Shown here piece by piece: positions 17,625-27,480 of a stretch of 54,459 bases of DNA. The stretch covers positions 1-54,459 of the forward strand of contig JAILFE010000199.1 in assembly GCA_024697725.1 (NCBI GenBank), read 5' to 3'. The stretch comes from Oscillospiraceae bacterium. GTDB lineage: Bacteria > Bacillota > Clostridia > Oscillospirales > Ruminococcaceae. The stretch's first letter is position 1, and each line of letters begins with the position of its first letter. The notes beneath the pieces were generated by a model. It was not told where the DNA came from and searched no databases. It was given only the letters and a program-made list of their open reading frames with translations. The translations under genes and the position numbers were made by a program.

Positions 17625-18513
17625 GATCAATGAAAAACGCTTTAACAGCTATATCGAATCGGTAAATGATGCACTTGAAAAATACAGAGAGCTTTTCAGC
17701 GGTGAAAATGCCGTATATCAGAAAAAAGTCGTTGATGCGATGTGGTATTCTCTTTCGGCAGGCGGCAAGAGGATCAGACCCGTTCTTGTACAGGAATTCT
17801 GCCGTATAAGCGGCGGCAGCCCGTCCGATTGTATCGCAGCGGCTTCGGCTGTGGAAATGATACACACTTTTTCTCTTATACATGATGATCTGCCGTGTAT
17901 GGATGATGACGATCTCAGACGAGGAAAGCCCTCATGTCACAAGCAGTTCGGCGAGGCGATTGCACTGCTTGCGGGCGATGCGCTGGAAAACACTGCGTTT
18001 GAGATAATATCCGATGACAGTAACATATCCGACGAAAAGAAAGTCAGGATCATCAGAGAGCTCTCTTCCGCCACGGGCGTATTCGGCATGATCGGCGGAC
18101 AGACGATAGATATGGAAAACATCAAGGGCGCTGTGTTCTCAGACAGCAAGCTCCTGAGTATGTATTCCATGAAAACTTCCGCGCTCATATCGGCATCGTG
18201 CAGGATCGGCTGCATCTGTGCAGGCGACTATGACGGCGCAGCAAGGGCATCGGAATACGGTGAAAATCTCGGTACAGCTTTTCAGATAATAGACGATATC
18301 CTTGATATCATCTCGACCGAGGATAATCTCGGAAAGACGGCGGGCAGTGATGAAAAATCGGGAAAATGCACCTACGCCGCCCTCCATGGTATAGATGATT
18401 CCGTAAAGCAGGCGCGGAAGCTGTCGGATGCTGCAAAAAAAGCGCTCGACGGATTTGAAGACACCGATTTTCTTCTTGAACTGACTGATATGCTGCTGCG
18501 CAGGAAAAAATGA
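17617..18513 (+). CDS. ispA: (2E,6E)-farnesyl diphosphate synthase / polyprenyl synthetase
   Basis: First Asp-rich motif LIHDDLPCMDDDDLRRGK and second motif FQIIDDILD. Overlaps xseB by 8 nt. Confidence 0.9.
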   Translation: MNEINEKRFNSYIESVNDALEKYRELFSGENAVYQKKVVDAMWYSLSAGGKRIRPVLVQEFCRISGGSPSDCIAAASAVEMIHTFSLIHDDLPCMDDDDLRRGKPSCHKQFGEAIALLAGDALENTAFEIISDDSNISDEKKVRIIRELSSATGVFGMIGGQTIDMENIKGAVFSDSKLLSMYSMKTSALISASCRIGCICAGDYDGAARASEYGENLGTAFQIIDDILDIISTEDNLGKTAGSDEKSGKCTYAALHGIDDSVKQARKLSDAAKKALDGFEDTDFLLELTDMLLRRKK

Positions 18514-18560
18514 CCGCAGCATAAACATTCTATATTATCGTGAAAGGATAATGATCTGAC

Positions 18561-19055
18561 TTGAAACAAATTATTGACTGGCCATTTTATAACTATATCC
18601 TTGTATGCGCCTTTTCATCATGGGCTGCCGCGCAGATCATCAAGGCTCTTATCGAGCTTATAAGGACAAAACAGTTCAAGCTTGAAAGACTCTTCGGACC
18701 CGGCGGGATGCCGAGCAGCCATTCCGCAACTGTATGCTCCGGTACGATCGCAGTATCGCGTCAGTGCGGTATCAATTCTCCCGCATTTGCCGTGATGTGC
18801 ATATTCGCGTTCATCGTGATGTATGATGCCATGGGAGTCAGACGACAGGCAGGGGAACACGCTCATGAGATAAACATAATGAAAGGGATCATCAAGAATA
18901 TAGAACAGAGCAATAATAAGACACGCAATAACAGCGAGGAGCAGGAGGAACTGCTTGAACTCAAGGAAATACTCGGTCATACCCCGCTTCAGGTCCTCAG
19001 CGGTGCCATCCTCGGTGTGATACTCGCGTTTATTATCCCGATGGGCAGTGTTTAA
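18561..19055 (+). CDS. divergent PAP2 / acid phosphatase-vanadium haloperoxidase-related membrane protein (DUF212, YuiD-like)
   Basis: GGMPSSHSATV and MYDAMGVRRQAGEHA motifs with several TM segments. The start is TTG. Confidence 0.75.
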   Translation: MKQIIDWPFYNYILVCAFSSWAAAQIIKALIELIRTKQFKLERLFGPGGMPSSHSATVCSGTIAVSRQCGINSPAFAVMCIFAFIVMYDAMGVRRQAGEHAHEINIMKGIIKNIEQSNNKTRNNSEEQEELLELKEILGHTPLQVLSGAILGVILAFIIPMGSV

Positions 19056-19067
19056 GGATTATTTGAT

Positions 19068-20909
19068 ATGATAGATGAAGATATAAAGCTGTCCCGGCTG
19101 AAGCTGCCTTCAGACCTTAAAAAGCTGACAGTTAAGCAGTGCGGTATCCTCTGCCGCGAGATACGCACTTTGCTCATAAAGACGGTATCCGAAAACGGCG
19201 GACATCTTTCCTCAAATCTCGGAACTGTCGAGCTGACGGTCTCGCTGCACAGGGTATTTGACTCACCGAAGGACAAGATAGTCTGGGATGTCGGTCATCA
19301 GTCCTATACTCATAAGATACTTACCGGGCGGTTGAATGATTTCAGCACGATAAGGCTCGAAAACGGTATCTCGGGCTTTGCACGTCCTTGCGAATCGGAG
19401 CATGATCCATTTATAAGCGGACACAGCAGTATTTCTGTTTCTGCCGCCTGCGGGATAGCTGCTGCAATGCAGCTTGAAGGCGATACGGAGCATCATGTTA
19501 TCGCAGTCATGGGCGACGGTGCCTTTACGGGCGGAGAAGCCTACGAGGGACTCAATAATGCCGGAAAGGGCTTTTCCAATATAATCGTCATACTCAATGA
19601 CAATGGTATGTCGATATCGCATAATGTAGGTGCGATCGCAAAATATCTGACAAAGATACGCGGAAATGAAAAATACGTCAACACAAAGCACCGCACCGAA
19701 AATGTTCTTGACAATATGCCGGTAGGCGGAAAGGCTATCAAGAGCATAATGCAGGGCTCAAAATCGACGCTGAAATGGCTTTTGTACCATTCGACGATGT
19801 TTGAGGATATGGGATTTGTATATCTCGGACCCGTTGACGGGCATGATATATCAGCGCTTGATAAAACACTGAGCGCTGCCAAGGCAGTCAATAAGCCGGT
19901 TATAGTACACGTAAAGACGATCAAGGGAAAAGGCTTCCTGCCTGCCGAAAGAAATCCCGGAGCATTCCACGGAGTGAGTTCCTATGACCTGAAATACGGC
20001 AATCCCGAGGTAATAAAAGAAAACAGCTTCTCCGGTGTATTCGGTCATGCATTGCTCGAAGAGGGAAAGAAGGATGAACGGATATGCGCAGTTACCGCAG
20101 CAATGAAATATGCTACGGGACTCCAGTATTTTGCTTCGGAATTTCCCGAAAGATTCTTTGATGTCGGTATTGCAGAGGAACACGCCGTTACTTTCTGCTG
20201 CGGGCTCGCAGCGATGGGCAGACTGCCTGTCTTTTCTGTTTATTCAAGCTTTCTGCAGCGTTCGTTTGACCAGCTGATACACGATGCAGCCATACAGAAT
20301 GTGCATATCGTGCTCTGCATAGACCGTGCGGGGATAGTCGGAGATGACGGAGAGACACATCAGGGGCTGTTTGATGTTCCTATGCTTTCTGTCATACCCG
20401 GAACGGTGATATATTCTCCCTCCAGCTACAATGAACTGACCAATTGTCTGAAAAAAGCACTCTATGATGACAAGGGGATCGCAGTTGTGCGCTATCCCAA
20501 GGGCGAGGGCGAAAGCGGTGAAGATGGGCCGTATTCCGATTATATATATGATAACTCCAAAAAGACAGATACGATCGCGGTATCATATGGCAGGATCGGA
20601 CGCTGCCTGACCGATGCCATGTCGGATACGCTCAGACTTGTAAAGATTCATCCGATCTCCGATGAGGTGATCGGAATATTGATGAAATATGACAATATCC
20701 TGTTTTTTGAAGAATCCATGCGCACAGGAGGCATCGGTATGCAGACCGAAGCGGCTCTGCTTTCGGCAGGATTCAGGGGAAACATCAATATAAAGGCTCT
20801 TGACGGCTTTGTCGCTCAGGCTAAGCCGGAAGATTCGCTTGCCGCTGTCGGACTTGACAGCAGATCGGTACTTTCGGATATAGAAAATGCCGTAAAAACA
20901 CGATCGTGA
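19068..20909 (+). CDS. dxs: 1-deoxy-D-xylulose-5-phosphate synthase
   Basis: GGHLSSNLGTVELTVSLH, DVGHQSYTHKILTGR, and the ThDP motif MGDGAFTGGEAYEGLNNAG...ILNDN. Confidence 0.95.
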   Translation: MIDEDIKLSRLKLPSDLKKLTVKQCGILCREIRTLLIKTVSENGGHLSSNLGTVELTVSLHRVFDSPKDKIVWDVGHQSYTHKILTGRLNDFSTIRLENGISGFARPCESEHDPFISGHSSISVSAACGIAAAMQLEGDTEHHVIAVMGDGAFTGGEAYEGLNNAGKGFSNIIVILNDNGMSISHNVGAIAKYLTKIRGNEKYVNTKHRTENVLDNMPVGGKAIKSIMQGSKSTLKWLLYHSTMFEDMGFVYLGPVDGHDISALDKTLSAAKAVNKPVIVHVKTIKGKGFLPAERNPGAFHGVSSYDLKYGNPEVIKENSFSGVFGHALLEEGKKDERICAVTAAMKYATGLQYFASEFPERFFDVGIAEEHAVTFCCGLAAMGRLPVFSVYSSFLQRSFDQLIHDAAIQNVHIVLCIDRAGIVGDDGETHQGLFDVPMLSVIPGTVIYSPSSYNELTNCLKKALYDDKGIAVVRYPKGEGESGEDGPYSDYIYDNSKKTDTIAVSYGRIGRCLTDAMSDTLRLVKIHPISDEVIGILMKYDNILFFEESMRTGGIGMQTEAALLSAGFRGNINIKALDGFVAQAKPEDSLAAVGLDSRSVLSDIENAVKTRS

Positions 20910-20926
20910 ACGGAGAACAATTATAA

Positions 20927-21733
20927 ATGCGACTTGATGTCTATCTCGCTGAAAAAAAAATTGTCAGAAGCCGTGAAAAGGCACATGAACTGATAATCGG
21001 CGGCGGTGTTGAGAAAAACGGAAGTATATGCCTGAAGCCGTCGGCGCAGGTCACGGATGAAGATATTGTGAATATAGTCGGAGAACTGCCGAGATATGTC
21101 GGCAGAGGCGGTGAAAAGCTCGCAAAGGCTCTGAAGGTATTCAGTATCTCAGTCGAGGGCAAGAAATGCGTGGATATCGGCGCTTCTACAGGGGGCTTTA
21201 CTGACTGTCTCCTGCAGAACGGAGCCGCATCTGTCTATGCGGTTGATGTCGGTCACGGGCAGCTCGATGATGCCCTGAAAAACGATCCTCGTGTTATAGA
21301 TATGGAAGGCACGGATATACGTACACTCACTGCGGACAGCTTCGCCGGATGTGCTGATTTTGTATGCTGCGATGTATCGTTTATATCTCTTTCCCATATT
21401 TTTCCTGTAATAAAGGACATAATGTCTGAAAACGGCTGTGCTGCCGTGCTTGTAAAGCCGCAGTTTGAATGCGGAAGAGCCGGTATCGGGAAGAACGGTA
21501 TTGTAAGATCTCATAAGGTGCATGAAAGAGTGCTAATGGAGATCATATGCAGCGCAGGGACGAACGGTCTCGGCGTATATGCTCTGGATCATTCGCCGAT
21601 CTGCGGCGGTGACGGCAATATCGAATATCTGGCTTATATAAGGCACGGTGCGGCGCAGTGTGCTTTTGAAGTCGGAAATATCGTAGACAGTGCTTTTTCG
21701 GCACTTGGCAGGAAAGGAAAATCCGTAAAATGA
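20927..21733 (+). CDS. tlyA: TlyA family rRNA (cytidine-2'-O)-methyltransferase
   Basis: N-terminal S4 domain (MRLDVYL), YVGRGGEKL, and the SAM motif DIGASTGGFTDCLLQNGA. Confidence 0.9.
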   Translation: MRLDVYLAEKKIVRSREKAHELIIGGGVEKNGSICLKPSAQVTDEDIVNIVGELPRYVGRGGEKLAKALKVFSISVEGKKCVDIGASTGGFTDCLLQNGAASVYAVDVGHGQLDDALKNDPRVIDMEGTDIRTLTADSFAGCADFVCCDVSFISLSHIFPVIKDIMSENGCAAVLVKPQFECGRAGIGKNGIVRSHKVHERVLMEIICSAGTNGLGVYALDHSPICGGDGNIEYLAYIRHGAAQCAFEVGNIVDSAFSALGRKGKSVK

Positions 21734-22584
21734 CAATAGCCGTGTTTGCGAATTTTGAGAAAAACAATGCACATTCTGCAACGACAGAAGTCTGCAGGAT
21801 ACTGCGTGATATGAATATAACTATCATTGCCGACAGGCAGTATGCAGAGCAGTTTTCCGAGATATCCTCAGTCAGGCTCTGTGAAAAGCGTGAGGCCGCC
21901 GGAATGTGCGATATTATGATTGCGATCGGCGGCGATGGTACAATAATCAGATATGCTCCTTATGCGGCGGAGTTTGATAAACCGCTCCTCGGGATTAATA
22001 CGGGCAGGCTCGGTTTTATGGCTTCGTTGGAAAGCAACGAGCTTTACGCACTTTCAAGACTGAAAAGCGGGGAATACGAGATCATACCGCGGATGATGCT
22101 CGATGCCGAGATCGTCAGCGAGAACGGGGATACAAAAAAATTCGCCGCACTGAATGATTTTGTAATATCCAACCCTTATTCAAGGATATCCGATTTTGAG
22201 ATCTCGATAAACGGAAGGACGGTCAATTCTGTCCGCGCAGATGGTATCGTGTTCTCGACACCGACAGGCTCTACGGCATATGCACTTTCTGCGGGCGGCC
22301 CTATAATTGATCCGCTGGTGGAATGCATCGAATTCACGCCGATATGTCCGCACGTTCTTTCATCAAGGACGATACTGTTTTCGGCATCTCATGTGCTTGT
22401 GGCAAGCCACAAATCAGATGACGGGAATGTATATTTCATTGCTGACGGCAAGCCGCACATACACATCGGAAGAAACGACAAGGTCGTGATCTCAAGATCG
22501 GAAAAGAATCTGAAGCTTATTGATATCCACGGATTTTCATTTTATGACGCTGTCAATAATAAGCTTATGCGTCCGATCAAATGA
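21730..22584 (+). CDS. nadK: NAD(+) kinase
   Basis: GGDGT, NTGRLGFM and TPTGSTAYALSAGGPI motifs. Overlaps tlyA by 4 nt. Confidence 0.92.
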   Translation: MTIAVFANFEKNNAHSATTEVCRILRDMNITIIADRQYAEQFSEISSVRLCEKREAAGMCDIMIAIGGDGTIIRYAPYAAEFDKPLLGINTGRLGFMASLESNELYALSRLKSGEYEIIPRMMLDAEIVSENGDTKKFAALNDFVISNPYSRISDFEISINGRTVNSVRADGIVFSTPTGSTAYALSAGGPIIDPLVECIEFTPICPHVLSSRTILFSASHVLVASHKSDDGNVYFIADGKPHIHIGRNDKVVISRSEKNLKLIDIHGFSFYDAVNNKLMRPIK

Positions 22585-22612
22585 TCCCGTGCACGGCTAA
22601 GGAGAGATAGTT

Positions 22613-23065
22613 GTGAAATCGTTAAGACACGAAAAGATCCTTGAGATAATAGCGAGAGAGAATATAGATACACAGGGAAAGCTGCGCAAGATGCTCGCAA
22701 AGGAAGATATCATCGTTACGCAGGCAACGCTCTCTCGGGATATCAAGGCGCTCCGTCTGAAAAAAGCGGACGACGGGAACGGCGGACAGAAATATGTGGT
22801 CGGAGATGCCGTTATAGTTAATATGCTGCCGCCGATCTTCATGGATGCTGTGATAAGTGCCGATTATGCGATGAATACCGTTGTTTTCAGATGTCATAAC
22901 GGTATGGCACAGGCGGCCTGTGCTGTTTTTGACAGGCTGGACTGCCGGGGAGTCGTGGGTACGCTGGCAGGCGATGATACGATATTTGTTCTTATGCGCA
23001 CAGAGAACATGGCGGAAGAACTTGTGGATGAGATAAATCAGTTATGTTTTGAAAATAATAAATGA
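22613..23065 (+). CDS. argR: arginine repressor
   Basis: RHEKILEIIARENIDTQ...VTQATLSRDIKAL (winged helix) plus C-terminal GTLAGDDTIFVL. The GTG start lies 7 nt after AAGGAGA. Confidence 0.92.
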   Translation: MKSLRHEKILEIIARENIDTQGKLRKMLAKEDIIVTQATLSRDIKALRLKKADDGNGGQKYVVGDAVIVNMLPPIFMDAVISADYAMNTVVFRCHNGMAQAACAVFDRLDCRGVVGTLAGDDTIFVLMRTENMAEELVDEINQLCFENNK

Positions 23066-23109
23066 TCTTTGCCAAAGCGATATGCATTTTCTGAAAGGAA
23101 ATCGTTATA

Positions 23110-24774
23110 ATGCTTAAAGAGCTTTATATAAAAAATCTTGCGGTGATAAGTGAGGCTGTGATCCCGTTTTCAGATTCCTTCAATGTGTTTACCGGAGAAA
23201 CGGGTGCAGGTAAATCCATACTTATAAACGGGATCAATGCTGTGCTCGGCCAGCGCGTCACAAAGGATATCGTGCGTGCGGGCTGCGACAAGGCAGTCAT
23301 AACCGCGCTTTTTACCGATATTTCGGATAATACTGCCGCAAAGCTCGATGAACTCGGCATCTCACATGATGAGGGACAGATCTCGATAACCCGTGAGATC
23401 ATGGCCGACGGCGGCAGTGTTGCAAGAGTCAATTCAAGGACCGCAACTATCGCGGTGATACGTGAAATAGGGGAGCTGCTGGTAAATATCCACGGTCAGC
23501 ATGATAATCAGATACTGCTCTCACCGGAAAAGCATCTCGGTATACTCGACAGCTTCGGTGATCTTGAAGGCGATGTTGAGGATTACCGCACGGCATTTCA
23601 TGAACTGCAGAGCGTTTCGCGCACCCTGAAAAAGCTCGTTGATGAAGAACGCGAAAGAGCAGGCAGAGCCGAGATCGTTATGCAGCGCATCAAGGAGATA
23701 GGCGAAGCGGAGATCGAAGAAAACGAAGACGAGCTCCTTGAGAATGAACTTAAAACAGCCGAAAACAGCATCGAGATATCTCAGGCGCTCTCGGCTGCAT
23801 ATCATATGCTTGACGGCGACGAGGATAACGAAGGTATAGCCGGTATAGCTGCCGATATCATAAGCGAAGTATCGCCTTACGGCAGTATCGTTTCGGGGCT
23901 TGCACCGCTGATAAAGCGGCTTGACAGCGTCAGGGTTGAGCTTGAAGATATTTCCTCGGAAATACTGCGCTTGTCCGAGAGGATAGAGATCGACCCGGGA
24001 AAGGCTGCTGAAATATCCGCAAGACTTGATCTGCTCAATTCTCTGAAAAAGAAATACGGACCTTCGCTTGCAGATGTGATTGCAAGCTATGATTCTGCTC
24101 TTGAAGAGGAAAAGCAGATAGGCTGCAGCAGCGAGCACATAAGTGAATATGCCGCAAAGCGTGAAAAACTGCTCACAGAGGTCACGGAAAAGGCAAAGAG
24201 GCTCTCACAGAGGCGTAAAAACGCGGGCGAGGTCTTTGTTGACAGGATAGAATCCGAGCTTGCGTTCCTGAATATGCCGAATGTAAAGCTGAGTGTCCTT
24301 CAGCAGCAGGGAAAGCTCACGGGCTGCGGTATGGACAGCATCGAATTCCTTATCTCCACGAATGCCGGCGAGGGGATGAAGCCACTTTCAAAGATCGCAT
24401 CAGGAGGAGAGCTGTCAAGGATAATGCTTGCCATTAAAAACGTGGTGGCTGACAAGGACGATATCCATACTCTGATATTCGATGAGATAGATACGGGAGT
24501 AAGCGGGCGTGCCGCTCAGAAGATCGGTATCAAGCTGAAAAGCGTCTCGGGGAGCAAACAAGTCATCTGTGTGACGCATCTTTCACAGCTTGCGGCGCTT
24601 GCTGACAATCATCTGCTCATAGAGAAGCAGACAAGGGACGAAAGGACCTATACTTCGGTGCGTCAGCTCGATTTTGAAGGCAGAAAATACGAGATCGCAC
24701 GTATAATGAACGGCGATGACATTACCGAGACTGCGCTGAGAAATGCCGAGGAGGTACTGCGCCGCGCCGAATGA
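23110..24774 (+). CDS. recN: DNA repair protein RecN
   Basis: N-terminal Walker A FTGETGAGKSIL, a long coiled coil, a C-terminal ASGGELSR signature, and Walker B LIFDEIDTGVSG. Confidence 0.95.
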   Translation: MLKELYIKNLAVISEAVIPFSDSFNVFTGETGAGKSILINGINAVLGQRVTKDIVRAGCDKAVITALFTDISDNTAAKLDELGISHDEGQISITREIMADGGSVARVNSRTATIAVIREIGELLVNIHGQHDNQILLSPEKHLGILDSFGDLEGDVEDYRTAFHELQSVSRTLKKLVDEERERAGRAEIVMQRIKEIGEAEIEENEDELLENELKTAENSIEISQALSAAYHMLDGDEDNEGIAGIAADIISEVSPYGSIVSGLAPLIKRLDSVRVELEDISSEILRLSERIEIDPGKAAEISARLDLLNSLKKKYGPSLADVIASYDSALEEEKQIGCSSEHISEYAAKREKLLTEVTEKAKRLSQRRKNAGEVFVDRIESELAFLNMPNVKLSVLQQQGKLTGCGMDSIEFLISTNAGEGMKPLSKIASGGELSRIMLAIKNVVADKDDIHTLIFDEIDTGVSGRAAQKIGIKLKSVSGSKQVICVTHLSQLAALADNHLLIEKQTRDERTYTSVRQLDFEGRKYEIARIMNGDDITETALRNAEEVLRRAE

Positions 24775-24893
24775 TCTGTGTAAATTGTGTGAGAATATAA
24801 TAAAAACAGTGGAAAAATCATTTTTATTATGCTATAATATAATATGTGTTTTGCTGTATGCTTTGCGTACAGAGCAGTAAAGGAGTTGTTTTT

Positions 24894-26162
24894 GTGCCGA
24901 TCACTTATAAGCGTGAGGAAGTTTGCAGCGGCATCTCCTACACGGAGATAATCGACAGCCGTCTGAAGACCAATACTATATGCGTCAGCTTCTTTGAACC
25001 GATAAAAGCTGAGAATGCATCCGCAAATGCGATCCTTCCGTCCATACTGACCGATTCAAGTGCGGTATATCCGAGTGTTACCGAACTGAGCAGAAAGCTC
25101 GAATCGCTCTATGGAGCAAATATCAGGGGAGGCGTATCCAAGGCAGGAGATTATCAGGTGATAATGCTTTCTGCAAGCTGTATTAATGATGAATATACGA
25201 TCAATAAGGAAAAAATATTCGATGAGCTTATAGAAACGTTCGTGGGATGCATATTTGATCCGCACCTTCAGAACGGTGTTTTTGCCGCAGATGATTTTGC
25301 TCTGAAAAAGCAGGAATTGCTTGATGATATCGATGCAGAGATCAATAACAAGCGGGCATATGCTTTTCTGCGGGCAGCCGAGCTGATATACTGCGTTGAG
25401 CCTGCGTCTGTTCCCGAAACTGGGAGCCGTGAGGATGCCGCAAAGCTCACACCGCAGTCTGCATACAGCAGATACAGAAAGATCCTGAGTTCAGCAGGAG
25501 CAGAGATCATATATATTGGCAAGGATATGCCTTTACAGAATAAGGATAAGCTCCTTGCACCGTTCAGATCGCTTGAAAGGGAATATGATACATTTGATGC
25601 GATAAAGCGTTCTCCTCTGAAAACAGAGATAGCATCCAGGACAGAACGGCTCAGCATCATGCAGAGCAAGATGATCCTTGCATTCAAGACGAGCTTTGAA
25701 GATCAGGCTGCTATGAGGATGTTCAGCGCCTTATACGGAGAAACGCCTGTTTCCAAGCTGTTTTCCAATGTAAGAGAAAAGCTCAGTCTCTGTTACTATT
25801 GCCCCTGCGGCTTCAAGGATGACAGAAAAGGAGTTCTCTTCGTTGACTGCGGTGTCGAGCATGACAATCTCGAACCCGCAAAAAAAGAGATTCTTGCGCA
25901 GCTTGAAGAGATCAGGAAAGGAAACTTTACCGATGATGAGATAAACAGTGCAAGACTTGCGATAATCAATTCCCTGAAGGGAATAAACGATATACCGTCA
26001 AGGATCGCAAACAGATATATGAACCGGTTCATCACAGGACAGGAGGTCATTTCTCCGGAGAAGGAGATCGAACGCATCAAAGCTGTGACAAAGGATGATA
26101 TTATCGCGGCGGCTGAAAGCGTCAGACTTGATACCGTGTATATCCTTACAGGAAAGGAGTAA
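24894..26162 (+). CDS. M16 (pitrilysin/insulinase) family peptidase-like subunit, lacking the HxxEH zinc motif (YmfF-like)
   Basis: M16 fold features are present, but the position of HxxEH reads AILPSILTDS. The GTG 24894 start lies 8 nt after AGGAG; the track ORF from 24846 is over-extended. Confidence 0.7.
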   Translation: MPITYKREEVCSGISYTEIIDSRLKTNTICVSFFEPIKAENASANAILPSILTDSSAVYPSVTELSRKLESLYGANIRGGVSKAGDYQVIMLSASCINDEYTINKEKIFDELIETFVGCIFDPHLQNGVFAADDFALKKQELLDDIDAEINNKRAYAFLRAAELIYCVEPASVPETGSREDAAKLTPQSAYSRYRKILSSAGAEIIYIGKDMPLQNKDKLLAPFRSLEREYDTFDAIKRSPLKTEIASRTERLSIMQSKMILAFKTSFEDQAAMRMFSALYGETPVSKLFSNVREKLSLCYYCPCGFKDDRKGVLFVDCGVEHDNLEPAKKEILAQLEEIRKGNFTDDEINSARLAIINSLKGINDIPSRIANRYMNRFITGQEVISPEKEIERIKAVTKDDIIAAAESVRLDTVYILTGKE

Positions 26163-26169
26163 TGCCGAT

Positions 26170-27480
26170 ATGGAAAGAAAGGTTATTTCCGACAGCCGCA
26201 CCGGCGAGAGCTATGTTCTGATAAAGCACGATTCAGGGCTTCGCATATGCATATGGAAAATGAAGGACTACAGCACCTCTCATGCGCTTTTCGGGACAAG
26301 ATACGGTTCGGTCAATACAACGTTCCGCACAAAGGGCGAGAAGGATTTTGTCACTGTCCCGAACGGTATCGCACATTATCTCGAACACAAGCTTTTTGAG
26401 AATGAGGACTGCGATGTTTTCAGTCTATATGCGAAAACGGGCGCATCGGGAAATGCATATACCAGCTTTGACAGAACGTGTTATCTTTTCAGCTGCACGG
26501 ACAATTTTTACGATTCTCTTTCAATACTTCTCGATTTTGTGAGAAAGCCGTATTTCACCGAGGAAACAGTCGCCAAGGAGCAGGGTATCATCGGGCAGGA
26601 GATCCGTATGTATGACGACAAGCCCGAATGGAGGATAATGTTCAATATGCTAGGCGGGCTGTACAAGAACAATCCCGTAAAGATAGATATCGCGGGTACG
26701 GTCGAAAGTATAGCCGAGATAACACCCGAACTGCTCTACAAGTGCTATTATTCGTTCTATAACCTCAACAATATGGTGTTGAGCATCGCAGGAGATGTTG
26801 ACGAGGACAGAATAATAGAACTTTGCGACAGGATACTCAAGCCTGATGAGGATATGGATCTTGAAGTGAGCTTCCCGGACGAACCAGACGAGCCTGTTAA
26901 AAGGATCGTCCGTCAGAGCTTCGAGGTCGCAAATCCGCTGTTCAATATCGGTTACAAGAGCTGTGCCTATGAGGGTGACGAGCTTATCCGCGCAGATGTC
27001 GAAACAAATATAATCCTATCACTGCTCGCCGATGAAAGCACTGATTTTTACAAGAAGCTGTATGACAGCGGTCTTATCAATTCCACCTTCGGTTCGGAGG
27101 TGTTCAGCGGAAGCGGATTCTTCGTTCCGATATTCGAGGGAGAATCAAAGGATCCGGAAAAGGTATATGAACTTATAAACCAAGAGATCACGCGCCGCAT
27201 GGAGTGCGGATTCGAGGAAGAACGTTTCGAGAACGTGCGCAAGTCATATTACGGCAGACTTATCCGCGATCTTAATATCCCGGAGGCTCTTGCTACAAAT
27301 ATGATAAATTGTACGCTTGAAGGGACAAATGCATTTACCGAAATGGATATCGTTGCCTCGGTAACGCTTGAAGATATCGAAAAAAGGCTCAGAAAGCAGT
27401 TTGATATAAACAGATCGGTGCTTTCGATAATTGATCCTGTCAGAACGGAGGGAGTTTCGGATGGAAACGGTAACACTTGA
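26170..27480 (+). CDS. M16 family zinc peptidase with an intact HxxEH motif (YmfH-like)
   Basis: GIAHYLEHKLFE provides HxxEH. ATG 26170 lies 10 nt after GGAAAGGAG; the track ORF from 26095 is over-extended. Confidence 0.8.
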   Translation: MERKVISDSRTGESYVLIKHDSGLRICIWKMKDYSTSHALFGTRYGSVNTTFRTKGEKDFVTVPNGIAHYLEHKLFENEDCDVFSLYAKTGASGNAYTSFDRTCYLFSCTDNFYDSLSILLDFVRKPYFTEETVAKEQGIIGQEIRMYDDKPEWRIMFNMLGGLYKNNPVKIDIAGTVESIAEITPELLYKCYYSFYNLNNMVLSIAGDVDEDRIIELCDRILKPDEDMDLEVSFPDEPDEPVKRIVRQSFEVANPLFNIGYKSCAYEGDELIRADVETNIILSLLADESTDFYKKLYDSGLINSTFGSEVFSGSGFFVPIFEGESKDPEKVYELINQEITRRMECGFEEERFENVRKSYYGRLIRDLNIPEALATNMINCTLEGTNAFTEMDIVASVTLEDIEKRLRKQFDINRSVLSIIDPVRTEGVSDGNGNT

